Shown here piece by piece: positions 12,091-25,689 of a DNA stretch of 64,000 bases (position 1 is its first letter; every line of letters starts with the position of its first letter). The notes under the pieces are model-generated. The model was not told where the DNA came from and did no database searches. It saw only the letters and a program-made list of their open reading frames with translations. Position numbers and translations under genes: made by a program. The stretch lies in NCBI RefSeq assembly GCF_006345805.1, contig NC_042997.1, positions 35,464,001 to 35,528,000 of the forward strand, written 5' to 3'. The DNA is from Octopus sinensis (lineage: Eukaryota).

Positions 12091-13149
12091 ATACGTGCAT
12101 ACATAAATATACATTCGAAACTGTATACACAGCAAGATATGCAGTGTTCTATATCCGATACTTTTTATGAACACAAGTCGTCTGCGTCAATATGTCTCTT
12201 CGCATGGAAACTTACTTTCATATACGAATGTTTATACCTATACATTCCAAGTATGTATAGATGATCGCTTATGGCTTGTGTGTGTGTGTGTGTTTTTGAG
12301 TGTGTATTTATGTGTGAGTGTATGTACGTGTGTCTGCGTGTGGGTGTTTCTGCGTGCGCGTATATGCTTGTGTATAAAAACACTCCTGTTCAGCGTGCCA
12401 TCATTAAATATCGCAACTTGAAGTTCCATTAAAAATTCATTGCACTTAAGTATTTACCGGAAAATGCTACTTTTCACCGGATATTAGTCCCGCCACCTGC
12501 ATGATACATATGTACGTACATACATACATAAATACATATATACATACACATACATTTATATAGATAAATACATTTATCTTTCATCTCTGTATAAAACCCA
12601 TTCCTTCACCTTTTCTCCCACTCTCCTCCTCTATAACGCTCTCTCTCTCTTTCTCGATATATACATGTGAGTGTGTCTGTGTGCGTTTGTGTGCGTGTGT
12701 GTTTATATGCGTTGGTGTATTTTTGCAAATGTATGAGTCGATAGCATATATACCCACAGTGGAGATTGAATAAACGAGAACTAACAACTGTAAATGAATG
12801 TATTGAAATATCTCTGCAGATTCCTGTATTCTGTTGGTTTAATATATACGTGTGTATTTAATTCAAAATTTTTATACATTTATATATTTTTGCCTTCCTT
12901 TGTGTTATCTTGTTGCCGCACAAAAAGAATAACGTCTATTTTTTTCTTGTCTGCAACACTAAAGTCAATATGGATATGTTAAAACACTAGTGTGAGGAGG
13001 GGACATGGTAAATGATGGCCAAAAATGTTTTTAGAAAATATATTATATACGTTCGAATATTTTTCAGGGAACTCACATTATCCAAGTTCACCGTTTACTA
13101 TTGGTGAAATTACTTTTTGTTATTTACACACACAGACACGCAAAAGACA

Positions 13150-13352
13150 CATATGCATATAATTATATATAATGTGTGTGTGTGTGTGTGTGTGCATATA
13201 TATACATATATATATACATATGTATATATATTGTATATATACTTATATACGCATGTATATATGTATATGCATACATGTATGCGTATATGAGTGTTTGTTT
13301 TATATATACACATATACAATCAGGTACATATTTGTTTTGTGAATAATTTATA

Positions 13353-13427
<75 letters not shown>

Positions 13428-13545
13428 GCGTGTGTGTTTGTGAGTGTATATGTATGCATGTATAAATATGTGTGTATGTATCTCTCTCTCTATATATATA
13501 TATTTATATATGTATGTATGTATGTATGTATGAGTTTGCGTATGT
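13150..13545. repeat. (TG)n/(TA)n/(TATG)n microsatellite tract
   Basis: Direct reading. Confidence 0.95.
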
Positions 13546-14019
13546 AGACATATGTAGACATATGTGCGTATGTATACATGTATAAATACACATCGCTACA
13601 CATAGTTGTAAGCTTACATACTCTTATCCTCATGATATGCATCTAAACTCTCTTCACCAACCATCTCCATCATCATTATCATCATTTCCATTTATATCAT
13701 TCTCAACATTATTGCTTTCTCGTTTGTTGTTGGAATAAATAAATGGTAATAAATAAAGATGGAAAGAGTTGTGATAGAGTAAAAAAAAAACACATTTATT
13801 TCATCTTAACGAAGCCATTAACGAGTTAAAAACTGTTAATCACACAGGGGTTTCTAGTGTATTGAAAGGTAATATAAATGGTGAAGTTTGGCAAGTGAAA
13901 AAATGATTTCAATTCTTTTTCCTTTATATATCATTTTTGCCGTTCTCTTTCTGTATCTATTGACAATTTAATATATCAACGATTCATTTAGAAATATCAA
14001 AAGCATAAACTGCAACTGC

Positions 14020-14190
<171 letters not shown>

Positions 14191-14214
14191 TCTTTCTAAT
14201 ATATATGCACAAGG

Positions 14215-14992
14215 ACTACAATTTGAGCGAGGAGCAAAGTCGGTTTCATCGAGCCCAGTGTTTCACTGGTTCTGTATTTATCGACCCATTAAGGATGAAA
14301 GACAAATTCAATGGTGGCGCTATTTGAATTCAGGGCGTAGCGACAGACGAAATATCGCTAAGAATTTCGTCTAGTGTGCTAACGATTCTGCCAAATCGGA
14401 GCCTTAATAATCCTTTCTGCTTGAAGCACAAAGCCTCAGACTTTGAGAGAAGGGGTAATCGATTACTTCGATCCTAGTGTTTAACTGGTACTTAATTTAT
14501 TGACCCCGAAAGGATAAAAAGGCAAAGTCGACCTCGGTAGAATTTGAAATCTGAACATAACGGCAGACAAAATACCTATTTCTTTACTACCCACCAGGGG
14601 TTAAACACAGAGAGGACAAACACGGACAGACAAACGGATTAAGTCCATTATATCAACCCCAGTATGTAACTGGTACTTATTTAATCGACCCCGAAAGGAT
14701 GAAAGGCAAAGTCGACCTCGGCGGAATTTGGACTCAGAACGTAGCGGCAGACGAAATACATATTTCTTTACTACCCACAAAGGCTAAACACAGAGGGGAC
14801 AAACAAGGTCAGACAAACGGATTAAGTCGATTATATTGACCCCAGTGCGTAACTGGTACTTATTTAATCGACCCCGAAAGGATGAAAGGCAAAGTCGACC
14901 TCGGCGGAATTTGAACTCAGAACGTAGCGGCAGACGAAATATTGCTAAGCATTTCGTCTGGTGTGTTAACGTTTCTGCCAGCTCGTCGCCTT
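14215..14992 (-). mobile_element. cluster of four family A SINE copies/segments, including ~185-bp tandem units
   Basis: Repeated gaccccgaaaggatgaaaggcaaagtcgacctcggcggaatttg at ~14503, 14687 and 14871; head at 14975-14992. Confidence 0.9.
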
Positions 14993-15166
14993 AATAAAAC
15001 TCCTTTATTAAAACTCCAAATAATTCCTCTCAACACATGACTATGACACCCCACCTCACTACAGCTCGTGATGAGAAATGCACATATCGTTAGCCATTAA
15101 GGTACATGCTCAACTAGTTAAAGTCAAACTGACATGCAGGTATGTGGTACTGACAAGCAGGTATTT

Positions 15167-15400
15167 GGCGGCGAGCTGGCAGAAACGTTAGCACGCCGGG
15201 CGAAATGCTTAGCGGTATTTCGTCTGCGTTACGTTGTGAGTTCGAATTCCGCCGAGGTCGACTTTGCTTTTCATACTTTCGGGGTCGATAAATTAAGTAC
15301 GAGTTACGCACTGGGGTCGATGTAATCGACTTAATACCTATGTCTGTCCTTGTTTGTCCCCTCTGTGTTTAGCCCCTTGTGGGTAATAAAGAAATAGGTA
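15167..15400 (+). mobile_element. SINE family A, near intact
   Basis: Head ggcggcgagctggcagaaacgttagcacgccgggcg; B-box gagttcgaattcc; flanked by the 16-bp direct repeat aggtatgtggtactga (15138-15153 and 15396-15411). Confidence 0.92.
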
Positions 15401-17424
15401 TGTGGTACTGAGCAGAAATAGTGATAATTATAGAATGAGTTGCGGATTTCAGATTGTAGCCCATCTTTTATACCAAGACAAATCAATGTACATGATAACA
15501 CTTCCAACCAGTTCAGATCGGATGCCATGATCGGCACTGGCTGGTACTGCATTATTTGTATAATTATCACTCTCGTTATTAGTTTTGTTTTTTTTATACT
15601 CATTATTTCTTTTAGTTATTAAAATAATTCTGTGTACTTCGAAACAGAAGATTGTATGTGTTTGTTTTTCGAATGTAACTAGGTAACTGCGGGTATATTC
15701 CTTTTCACTGTCTAATACTAGATAATATTTTCGTTTTATTTTGCAGTTTGGGAAAATTATTTTGAGTCAAATAATTTGTGAATAATGTACAATATGCACA
15801 TATAGCCATCCAGCTAGAATCCACTGCCGCTCCTATTTGAACGGAATGTGACATAAACAGACACACTGATTTATATTTTACCTCTGGTCATAATAAACAT
15901 CAACAATAACCACAAAAATCTAGCGTTTTCTTCATCACCGACAAAGAGCGAAACAACAAAAACAGCAAAATGAGAATTACCATAAGAAAGGCATCAAGAC
16001 ACCAGTACTAACTACAACAACTAAATTCAAAATCATCTCATTCCTTTTCAAGAATTTTCAGTAAAAGTAATGGGTATTTCTGGCTCACGAATTTTAGTCT
16101 TGACTTTCCTACCATTGGACTTGTCTGAATTTCTGAGGTGAAATGTCAATTAGCAGCTAAAGGTAGCATACTGGAGGTTCTTTTGTTAGCTACGTAAGTT
16201 GCGATGAACTCTCTCGCTCGTTCATGATCGTCGATAAATCTTTTCGCTCCGGATTGAAACAGTGTACTAATTTGCAGGACATCATTGTAACTTTATATAT
16301 CAGCCTTTATACAGGGCAACTAGATGTTAATATTTTCTCCCCAGTCGTAATGAAATTGAACGTTTCCTCCATTGGGTGCAGTAGCATAAAATGGCTAAAG
16401 TTTATGAAGATGTTGGACTATATGGTCGTTAGGGCTTGAATGCTGTATTTAGTAGTAAAACGTTCACTAAATAGTTTTGGAGATCAACTGAGGATATTGC
16501 CTCTGCTCAAGCTTTTAATTTGGAGTCAACTGGTTGAACTACATTTATATTTAAAACTTGATTCCACAATATTGAGCACTATAAAGAACAGGCGATCAAT
16601 CTTACCACACTAAGGACACCGGAACAAACTTTCGTCCTTTAGATTTTAGACAGCTAGTTTATCCCTTCTATATCATTTCTCGTCCATAATCGACACGCCC
16701 ACCTAATCCTGGATCATATATAATCCGTTGTAGCTGGGAGTAGCAGCAACAGTTGCTACTCAAGCAAAACTGTTGAATGTAACACAATGCTCGCTATCAT
16801 TCGCTTTATTCATTGTGACTCGATAAAATTAGTGGCTTCAGTTTCCTTCATTTCTGTCCTTCCATTACCTTAATAGGAGCCGAGCAACTGTTTGGGACAT
16901 AGACTTTTGGTCTTTCAACAAAATAAAATGCTATACGGCTGTACATTACATGTGTACTCACGTTTCATAATCGTGTCAGCAATCATACTTTCCCACAATT
17001 ACATATTTATGTCAAGTGAAACCAATTAGAACTAAAAGAAACACAGTTATGCAAGTATGAAAAGTGCTTTTGTATTTCCAAAAGACAGTCAAGACTTAAA
17101 TCTTAAGGTACTATCATAAAAATACAGAATTCAGCCTTCTTTAGTAATTTTATTGGCATTAAACAGCGAACTGACATTCTGTAACGCATTGAATACAGAT
17201 ATTTAGTGGACATAGATTTAATGCGTTTTCATTTTTCGAGAGAGGTTAGTAAGCAAGTAGATTTTGAACCATTTATAAATATGACGAATGTCAAATTAAA
17301 TTTATTAAAATGTATTCTGAGATACATAAGTAAACAAACACGGTATATTACCGTTATCTGTCGAAAAGCTTGTAAACCAGAGCCCATCTTTAGATAGCTT
17401 CGACTTTTATTATTCATTGTTGAA

Positions 17425-17688
17425 GTAAAGTGGCGATCTGGCAGGAGCTATACATTTTGAGTTTAAATGACTCCGGGTCGAAGTTGTTATTCATCCTTTC
17501 AAGATCGATAAAAAAAGTACTAGTTGAACATTGGCGTCGACGCCAACGGAATTGCTAGCCCAGTACAAATACTTGCAACCGATAATTATAGGTGACGTTA
17601 TGGCAGCGAGCTAGCAGCATACTTAAACCCGGGAAAAATACTCAGCGATAAATCGTCTGTGTACGTTTCATCTTTTTATATAAATATC

Positions 17689-17755
<67 letters not shown>

Positions 17756-18440
17756 GGTTCAATCATAGAAGAACTGAAATACATTTCAGTTTTTGTTTTC
17801 AATATATTGTGAAAGTGTTGTTATGGTTACGTTATTTACAATACATCGCTATATGCACACACATCGTAATGATACATACATGCATACGTAGAAACATACA
17901 TATATACGCACACATACGTATATACATACATACGTGCATGTGTGTGACGATAGATATATGATTATTTGAAAGTTATGCCATATATCATTCTAAGCACAAG
18001 CGATATTTTGTGTATGTGTACTTAGCGACGTTTCATCCGTTTTTTTATGTTCTGACATCAAATTCACCCGTGGTTGACTTTGTTTTTCATAATTTCGGTT
18101 TAGAAAAAAATAATACCAGTTGAATCCCGGGATCAACGTCATCCACTTATCCCCTCCTCACAAACTGCTTCCTTATTACCAAAATTTGAAACCAATATTT
18201 ATCGCTGACGTTGATGCCGCGAGCTAGCAGCAACTAAAGCACATTCGGTATAATGCTTAGCGGGATTTTGTCCGCCTTTGCCTTTTGAATTCAAATCCCA
18301 GAGCTGTAGACTCCCTTTCATACTTCCTTTCGGGGATGATAAGTATCTCTAGAACAGCAATTATTACTTTCGATAAACAGCAATTATTACTTTCTCTTAT
18401 AATTGCTGGTCTTGAGGCAAAGTTTTAAGTTGTCTTTATA
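17425..18440 (+). mobile_element. several degenerate family A SINE fragments interspersed with (TA)n
   Basis: Diverged heads (gtggcgatctggcagg, ggcagcgagctagcagc, gccgcgagctagcagc) and body fragments. Confidence 0.6.
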
Positions 18441-18691
18441 GCTAATGTCATATGCAATTGTAGTTTTCTCAGGGGCTACACTATTTACAATATATTTCTT
18501 GTTTATAATAATATATAGCATGTTATTTACCTAATATATATTTGTCGACGAACATATACATACATATACATATGTACATACATAGAGACAGGCACACACG
18601 CAGGTATATATACATACACATATATATATATATGTAAGTGTGTGTGTGTGTGTATGTGCGTATATTTATCTACCTACCTATCTATCTATCT

Positions 18692-18769
<78 letters not shown>

Positions 18770-19150
18770 GATATTTTAGCAGACATAATAGCGCCATATC
18801 ATAAGTAATGTAATCGTATAATGTTACACAATATATTGACATAAAAACTGAAAGTTATTTTACTTCCTCTATGTAGGAATCTGCATAGAGGATATATATC
18901 ATTATATAAACATCACAACCTATATTCGATGAATATATGAAACGTTATTAATTTTAGAATGACTGATACGTGAAGAAAATATCAAACAAGCGATCTAGAC
19001 ATTCTATTGAATATCAAGAAGAACAGAAAAAATAGGTAGCGAGCAGAAATAGTATAGAAGTATAAAAAAGGTGGAGATAAAACAAAGTGTGAAACTTTGC
19101 CATGTAGTTTTCGATAACAAGATATTATCATAGATATAGTTTTCTTTTAC

Positions 19151-19215
19151 CTGACAATGTTGTCTATTATGTAGAAACCAGGACTTACCTGCAAAGAAAA
19201 GAATAGAAAGCAAAC
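19151..19215 (-). other. candidate recursive splice site / 38-nt micro-exon
   Basis: Minus strand tttgctttctattcttttctttgcAG|GTAAGT (junction 19189/19188) and a second donor CAG|GTAAAA 38 nt downstream (19151/19150). Confidence 0.35.
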
Positions 19216-19539
19216 GAAATTACCTTAAATGTATTACCTTATTGAATAACATAGAAATCGAATAATATCATTATAAACAAACATAAGAATAAAGAAACAC
19301 TGAAGTACATAAAAAATATACATATATGTATATATACATGCATGTATATATACACAAATATTTAAAATACACAAATATCCATGTATAAGTTTGAATATGA
19401 ATCTATTATAGATATAACTATATATATATAGCATATGTATGCGCATATGTATTCACACACAAATACACACACACACACAAACACACAAACACAAACTCTT
19501 AAACACACACACATACACATACACACACATACACACACG

Positions 19540-19578
<39 letters not shown>

Positions 19579-19986
19579 GCATATAACTTTATTAGGAAAA
19601 AAGCAATATATTTATGGAAATAATTCTGTTTTACCTCTATATTAATTCTTACCTACACCGAGTGTCTACAATCATTTAGCTGTATTGTTAACTTATATAT
19701 TGATGTATATATATAATTATAAACAGGCTACCTGAAGTTCGCGCAGAAATATCTTGATAAATACAAGTAAATTTTAGAATTAGATACTCTTGCATTTGCC
19801 GACATTCGTTCACCTGTATATACGCTCACATACTAAATTTTTACCTAAAGTCAATATTGGTGGATAGTAATCATATCTAGTTAACAGAAAAGCTTATATG
19901 TAACTGGAATAAGTCATGAACATTGTATCATCTCATACGGGAGGAATTGATGCATACATAATTTTATATACATACATACAAACAAT

Positions 19987-20021
<35 letters not shown>

Positions 20022-21035
20022 AGATTAGTGACCGTCGTAAAAGTGTTGGATGTTCGCTACGATTCATTGTCATATAATAATTCAAAGCTATATATGGTTT
20101 TAGGAAATCATATCGTAATGTCTTGCAAACATTTTCTGTAAGAGTTTTTGAACATTATATCAGGCTGTTAACTTTCTTTATGCTAAACACGAATGGTACT
20201 TGTTTTCAGAATAGTGAAATAATTGATGAACGACATATTTATGAGCCAATATAATTTGGGGGCCTGTCACGTCCTTATATTCAAATTTGTGTCGTAATAT
20301 GTAATAAGAATTAGAAGTGCTTTCAAACAAAGAAAGCGATATGATAATTCGATATGATATACAAACGTCTGTAAATCGAACAAGATAAGTACGTAATATC
20401 TTGTAATATCTCCTAATATTTAAGCATTGAAATAATATGCTTTCCAGAGGGAGAGTCTTATTTCATTCATAGAAAAAACAAGACAAGTCCATAGAAAGCC
20501 CTTCATAAAATCGCACACAAAGACACCTACATATATGCAAATTTCCACCAAGGCATATGCAAATACATACCTTGTCTCCACTCACACGCAAACATAGTAC
20601 ATATACATGCACCTACCTATCTCCCACTCTGTCTATTCTCATTCTCTTGACATACGCATTGGCTTCATCAGCAGCAGTTCAGAGACACTAGATTCATGTA
20701 TTCAAATGTCCAGATTTCCGCTCTAAATGAAATTATAGCTGCATAGTAACTTATAATGATAGTTGCTACATAAAACAAAACAATTATGGCTTGAGTTGGG
20801 AAAGGAAAGGAGAGGAGTGTAACGCCCTGGGTCAATCTTAAAAAAAAATATCATGCAATTTAAATGGCCACCCCATGCATAGATTCAGAAAATGTTTGAT
20901 TGACATGTTTAGTGTGTTTGAAAGAATGGCGTTTGAATGAAACATACGGATAAGTATCTTCCTATATGACTACTGTAGATAATTAAATAAATAAAAATCT
21001 AATAGCACACCACCGGGAAAAATTTGCGAACCTGC

Positions 21036-21072
<37 letters not shown>

Positions 21073-22164
21073 CATAATTGGACAGTGTACAAATGGGGGT
21101 TATGTAAGAGTTGATAAGTCCAGCAGCTGCTTAACATCGTTCTTCCCCATCTTGTAATTTACTCTGTCGCCCGTATCCTAGGTAAGATTGATCTATTAAT
21201 ATAAATTTCTATATATTTATATATTTTGAATATTAATCGTCTTCATTCTTCGCTTTTGCATGTACGCATTCAGACATACATACATAAATACATACATACA
21301 CACACGCACATAGATACAGACACAAACACACACGCACACACACAAATATGTCTAAAACCTAAGCTGACATATTTAATTTGTTTCTCTACACACACACGTA
21401 TATGGGGTGGTGCAAGTACGATGTAAATACATATACACACACACACATATGAAACTCGCTGCACTATGAACTAAAATGTAAGATCTTTGCCATGTTGACC
21501 GAGGATTGATTTATCTAATGTTGATTAGTTCCATTCGGGTTGCATATTATAAACTACAGGTACCAACATTATGATAGATTTCCGAGGCTCCGGGAAGAGT
21601 TATTGGACTACTAACAATATAGAACAGTACTAACATCTCTATTCCACCCATTTAATATTCTCTGTCGTTTGGCATATCTCTCTGGGTATATGTATACATG
21701 TACATATGCATGTGAATATATAATATATATATATATATACATATATATATGTGTGTGTGTGCGTGTGTGTGTATATGTGTGTGCGTGCCTGTGAATGTGT
21801 ATACATTCATATATACACATATATATGCATACATACACACATGCATAATAACTGATTCTCTCTATGTTCATTTATAATAAAACCAATTTTACACGTATCT
21901 CATTGGTGATTATATAGTTTTCGGCCAGGCTAGCCATCATTGGCTTAACTGATCGAAATTTCGATGGCACTGTCAATATTATTCTTCCTTAACAATAATA
22001 TATCTGTAATTGAAGAAACTGTCGTCAACAGGAAGGAGTCCGGTTGCACATTTATTTCTACTTATTGCAACTGTGTTATTGTAGGGTAATTAAACACTTG
22101 AATTTCACAATGGTTGACGTAAGAATGTGTTCTGTATATACATATATACTTATATCTGTATATA

Positions 22165-22900
22165 CAGGATGCGACGAGTATTTGAGCACGGTTTTGATAT
22201 ACAATACAACAACTATATTTCAGCATCAATAAATATGTATCTGAATAAATATTTGTGCAATTAGTATTGATAATGATTTTTTAAATCAAATTATTCTATG
22301 AAACCGCCTTTGTCTTTGATGACCAAACCCGGTGACACGCTGACACTATAAAGTCCTTGTTCATTTCAGACATTACCTGGACAATGGCGGCCTTCAGTGA
22401 AGCTATGGGTTGATAAGGATGACGACTAGTCTCCCTTCCAACAACACTCCACAAGTAGTAGTCCATGGGTTTCAAATCTTTAGAGTTTGGAGGTCACATA
22501 TTGGGTGTTACATAATCGAAAACTTGTCTGACAAACATTATTGGGTGACTGGGGCTTTGTGAGAAGGGGCTGAGTCTTGTTGAAACACGTATGACCTTCC
22601 ATTGCATACTTCATTAATCCAGGGCTTGATAGCAGTTTCCAGATCCTCTGTGTATCCAGCAGCATTAACTCTAAAATCCCGGGCAAAAAAAGGGGGCGGC
22701 ATCACATGACCTTCCGTACGCACCAATCATAAACCCATCGTAGCTGGTAGAAATTTCGTCTGCATCACTCTGGGTATTTCAGAAGTATCTGCACATAACC
22801 ACCTGTCATTTCTTTTGTTAAACATTTGGTCCTGGTCGAAGATTTTGTTCATCAGAGGAAAACCAAAGTATGCCTTGTTGAAGAAGGTTTTTCACTTTGT
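22165..22900 (-). mobile_element. Tc1/mariner DD37D (maT-type) transposase relic with 3' TIR
   Basis: Minus-strand motifs FSSDE...FDQDQMFNKRNDRWLC, YVFQQDSAPSHKA, PPNS.DL.PMDYYLWSVV and C-terminal VIKDKGGFIE*. Restoring one frameshift gives 37 residues between the 2nd and 3rd Asp. Ends at TA|CAGGATGCG (22163-22173). Confidence 0.85.
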
Positions 22901-22977
22901 TAAGTAACCGTTTTGAAAGGATGAGACTGTTTTTCTGTGTGCGCGTGTGTGTGTGTATGTATGTATATGTATATAGC

Positions 22978-23290
22978 GGAGGTGCAATCCAGTGGTTAGG
23001 GCAGCTAACACGCAGTTGTAGGATCGCGGTTGCGAGTGTTTATTGAGCGAAAAAATGTAAAGCTCCACATGGCTGTAGTCTTTCACCACAACTTTCACTC
23101 TCTCTTCCTATTTCTCTTGTTCCTGTATTTCAAAGAGCCAGCCATGTCACACTCTCTGTCACGCTGAAACATCCCGAGAACGTTAAGGTTACATGTGTAT
23201 GTGGAATGCTCAATCACGTTGGTTTCAGGAGCAGCCTGTTCCGTTGATCGGATCAACTGGAACCCTCGTCGTCTTAACCGACGGAGTGCT
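22978..23290 (+). mobile_element. tRNA-derived SINE family C (GGAGGxGCAAT head; gtcgtcgtaaccgacggagtgc tail)
   Basis: tRNA-like head ggaggtgcaatccagtggttagggcagc; body and tail shared with 57860-58222. Confidence 0.85.
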
Positions 23291-23418
23291 ACGACGGCGA
23301 CATTTATATAGACATGTATATATGTATGCATATTTATATGTAAATATATGTTTGTAGAAGTATATATATCTATATATATATGTATATATAGCTGCATATA
23401 TATATATATATATATATA

Positions 23419-23465
<47 letters not shown>

Positions 23466-24934
23466 ATGTGTATCTATGTGTGTAAGTGTGTATGTATATG
23501 TATGTATGTGTGTATGTGTGTATGTGTGAATGTGTATATGTGTGTGTGTGTATGTGTGTGTATGCATGCAAATTAATATCGATGAAACAAAGAATAATAA
23601 TGGTTCGCAACTTAATTGTTTAATTAGGAAAATATAGAAATGTGAAATGCCTTCTCAAATTTATAAATTTGAAATAAACATAGAAGGAATTAATAGCAAT
23701 TTTCCAGTCGGCAGTCAAACAATTAACGTTATTATTTATGTTTGTAAAATATTCTGAAATTATGCATGCATCATTTTCCCTTTAGATTGTGAAAACTGGA
23801 AACTTCTTTTGCTATATTTTAAATTATATACACAAATATATGTAAATTGGCCAACTTTCATCAGTAATTAGAACTTTTAAATTGTATGAAAAATTCTCAC
23901 GTCAACCATTTTGAAATTCAAATCCGTAATTATCCTACATCAACAAAAATTCTTCCAAGTTTATGTGCGTCACTAAATCGTATATGTGATACTCTTAAAA
24001 CTTATCTCCATGCGGATTGGATAAATCGCACCGGATTAACGTCCACTCATTTAAGCTTACAGTGTCCTCGAATAGTTCAGAAACATTCAGAGAAAAAACT
24101 GTACATGATTTGTCCTGTACATTTCGACCGAGAATAGCAACAATGTATTTGCGAATATTATATTTTGCCCGTTATATTTCACTAAATACTCTTCTCAATC
24201 CGATATCTTTATACGATTGATAAAGTTAACGCATTGATAAAGTTGAAGCATTGATAAATTTAAAGAATTAAGCAAAAAGTGTGTCTCGAGTTGTCTGTGC
24301 ACGACGTTAAAACACATTAAAGCCTTATCTACATGACAAACTGAACTATTAATACAAATTATCGTTTACCCGTCACTGAATATCATGAACATTTAAAAGT
24401 AATTCTCTTTACCCATAACCCTCTTATGAAAAATTCATTACGTTTTATTTTACATAATTTATACAATAAATCGAAATTTTATGAAGTGCAATATCATGAA
24501 ATATTCTTTACAGAATGTTTTAATATCAAAATTTCTTGCCCTATAGGTCATAATTTTCTCAATAAAATATTTACCGATGTTTGTCCTTGTTTTAAAAACG
24601 GATGTTAAAGCAATTGCAATAGTAATTAATTATAATTTGCTATGCATGTAGAATAAGTAACAGAGAAAGAAAATAAGTAGTGGGAGTGATTCGACTAAAG
24701 TACTTGAAAGTGCTGCTCGAAAATGGTTAGTAGCGGCGCGTTTTTCATTGGTTAAACGACAAAAGAGGGATCTATGTGCTAATGATTAAAATAAGAAAAG
24801 GATAATGGATGAAAGATAACAGAATGCATAATCGTATAACTTTAATATGCTATAATTCTGACCCCGAATCGTAATGTAATATTATCATAATAATCTAAAT
24901 ATTAACAACAGTAATAATATTTAGGAGAGTGGTG

Positions 24935-25135
24935 AGGGTGTGGATGACGATAATGATGATGATGATGTTGTTCATGGTGGTAGTGGTAGTGGTAGGGGTG
25001 GTGTTGGCGGTCTTCGTGATGAGAATTGTTATAATTCTGATGTCGACAAAGACGACGACGACGATGACGACTGCGGTGATGGCAGTGATGGCGGCGACGA
25101 CGAACGAGGCGATGACGATGGTGATGATGGTATCT
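24935..25135. repeat. (GAT)/(GGT)/(GAC) low-complexity trinucleotide tract
   Basis: Direct reading; ORFs in several frames are poly-D/M/H artefacts. Confidence 0.85.
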
Positions 25136-25689
25136 TTTCAGTAAAAGGGAATAATTCACATGAATGTTATTATTGATACTACTGAGCGAGGGCATTCTCC
25201 TTTGGCATAATTGAGAGTACGTCATCAGAAGTGAAAACATAATTTGATCTCTGTTATGCTTCCATTAGAAGGAACACAATCTAACGTTGCAGGCAATCAG
25301 CTACATCGGGATCGTTTCTATGAGAATTTGAATACACGAAACGTTAGATTTTTTCTACTCACGGCTACAAACTCATCTTGAATTATGTATTTCTTTATTT
25401 CCCGTCTAAAATATTTGAATAAAAATAAATTATTGCACTTGTTTACTGAATATGATACACATAATGATTGAAAACTTAGTAAGAATGTGCATGGAAGAAT
25501 TACTATAAAATACATATTAAATATTCAAATATAATTAATACTATTTCAGTAACATTAAGACTATTAAGTAAATAGTAATATAATATGTGAATGCTTCCCA
25601 GTGTTTTCTTTATAAAAGTTATGTATTTTATAAAAGTTACGTATTTTAAATGTAAAAACTTCGAATCATATAAAAATATTTATGATCTG

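Noticed and set aside
15167-15260. tRNA gene calls at SINE heads
   Set aside because: A/B boxes are present but there is no full cloverleaf, and each continues into a repeated SINE body.
16100-16300. Minus-strand protein-like frame SYNDVLQISTLFQSGAKRFIDDHERAREFIATYVANK
   Set aside because: Under 50 codons, no good splice sites, no recognised homology.
24902-25240. His-rich / Asp-rich ORFs
   Set aside because: Trinucleotide low-complexity tract open in several frames on both strands; no convincing splice sites.
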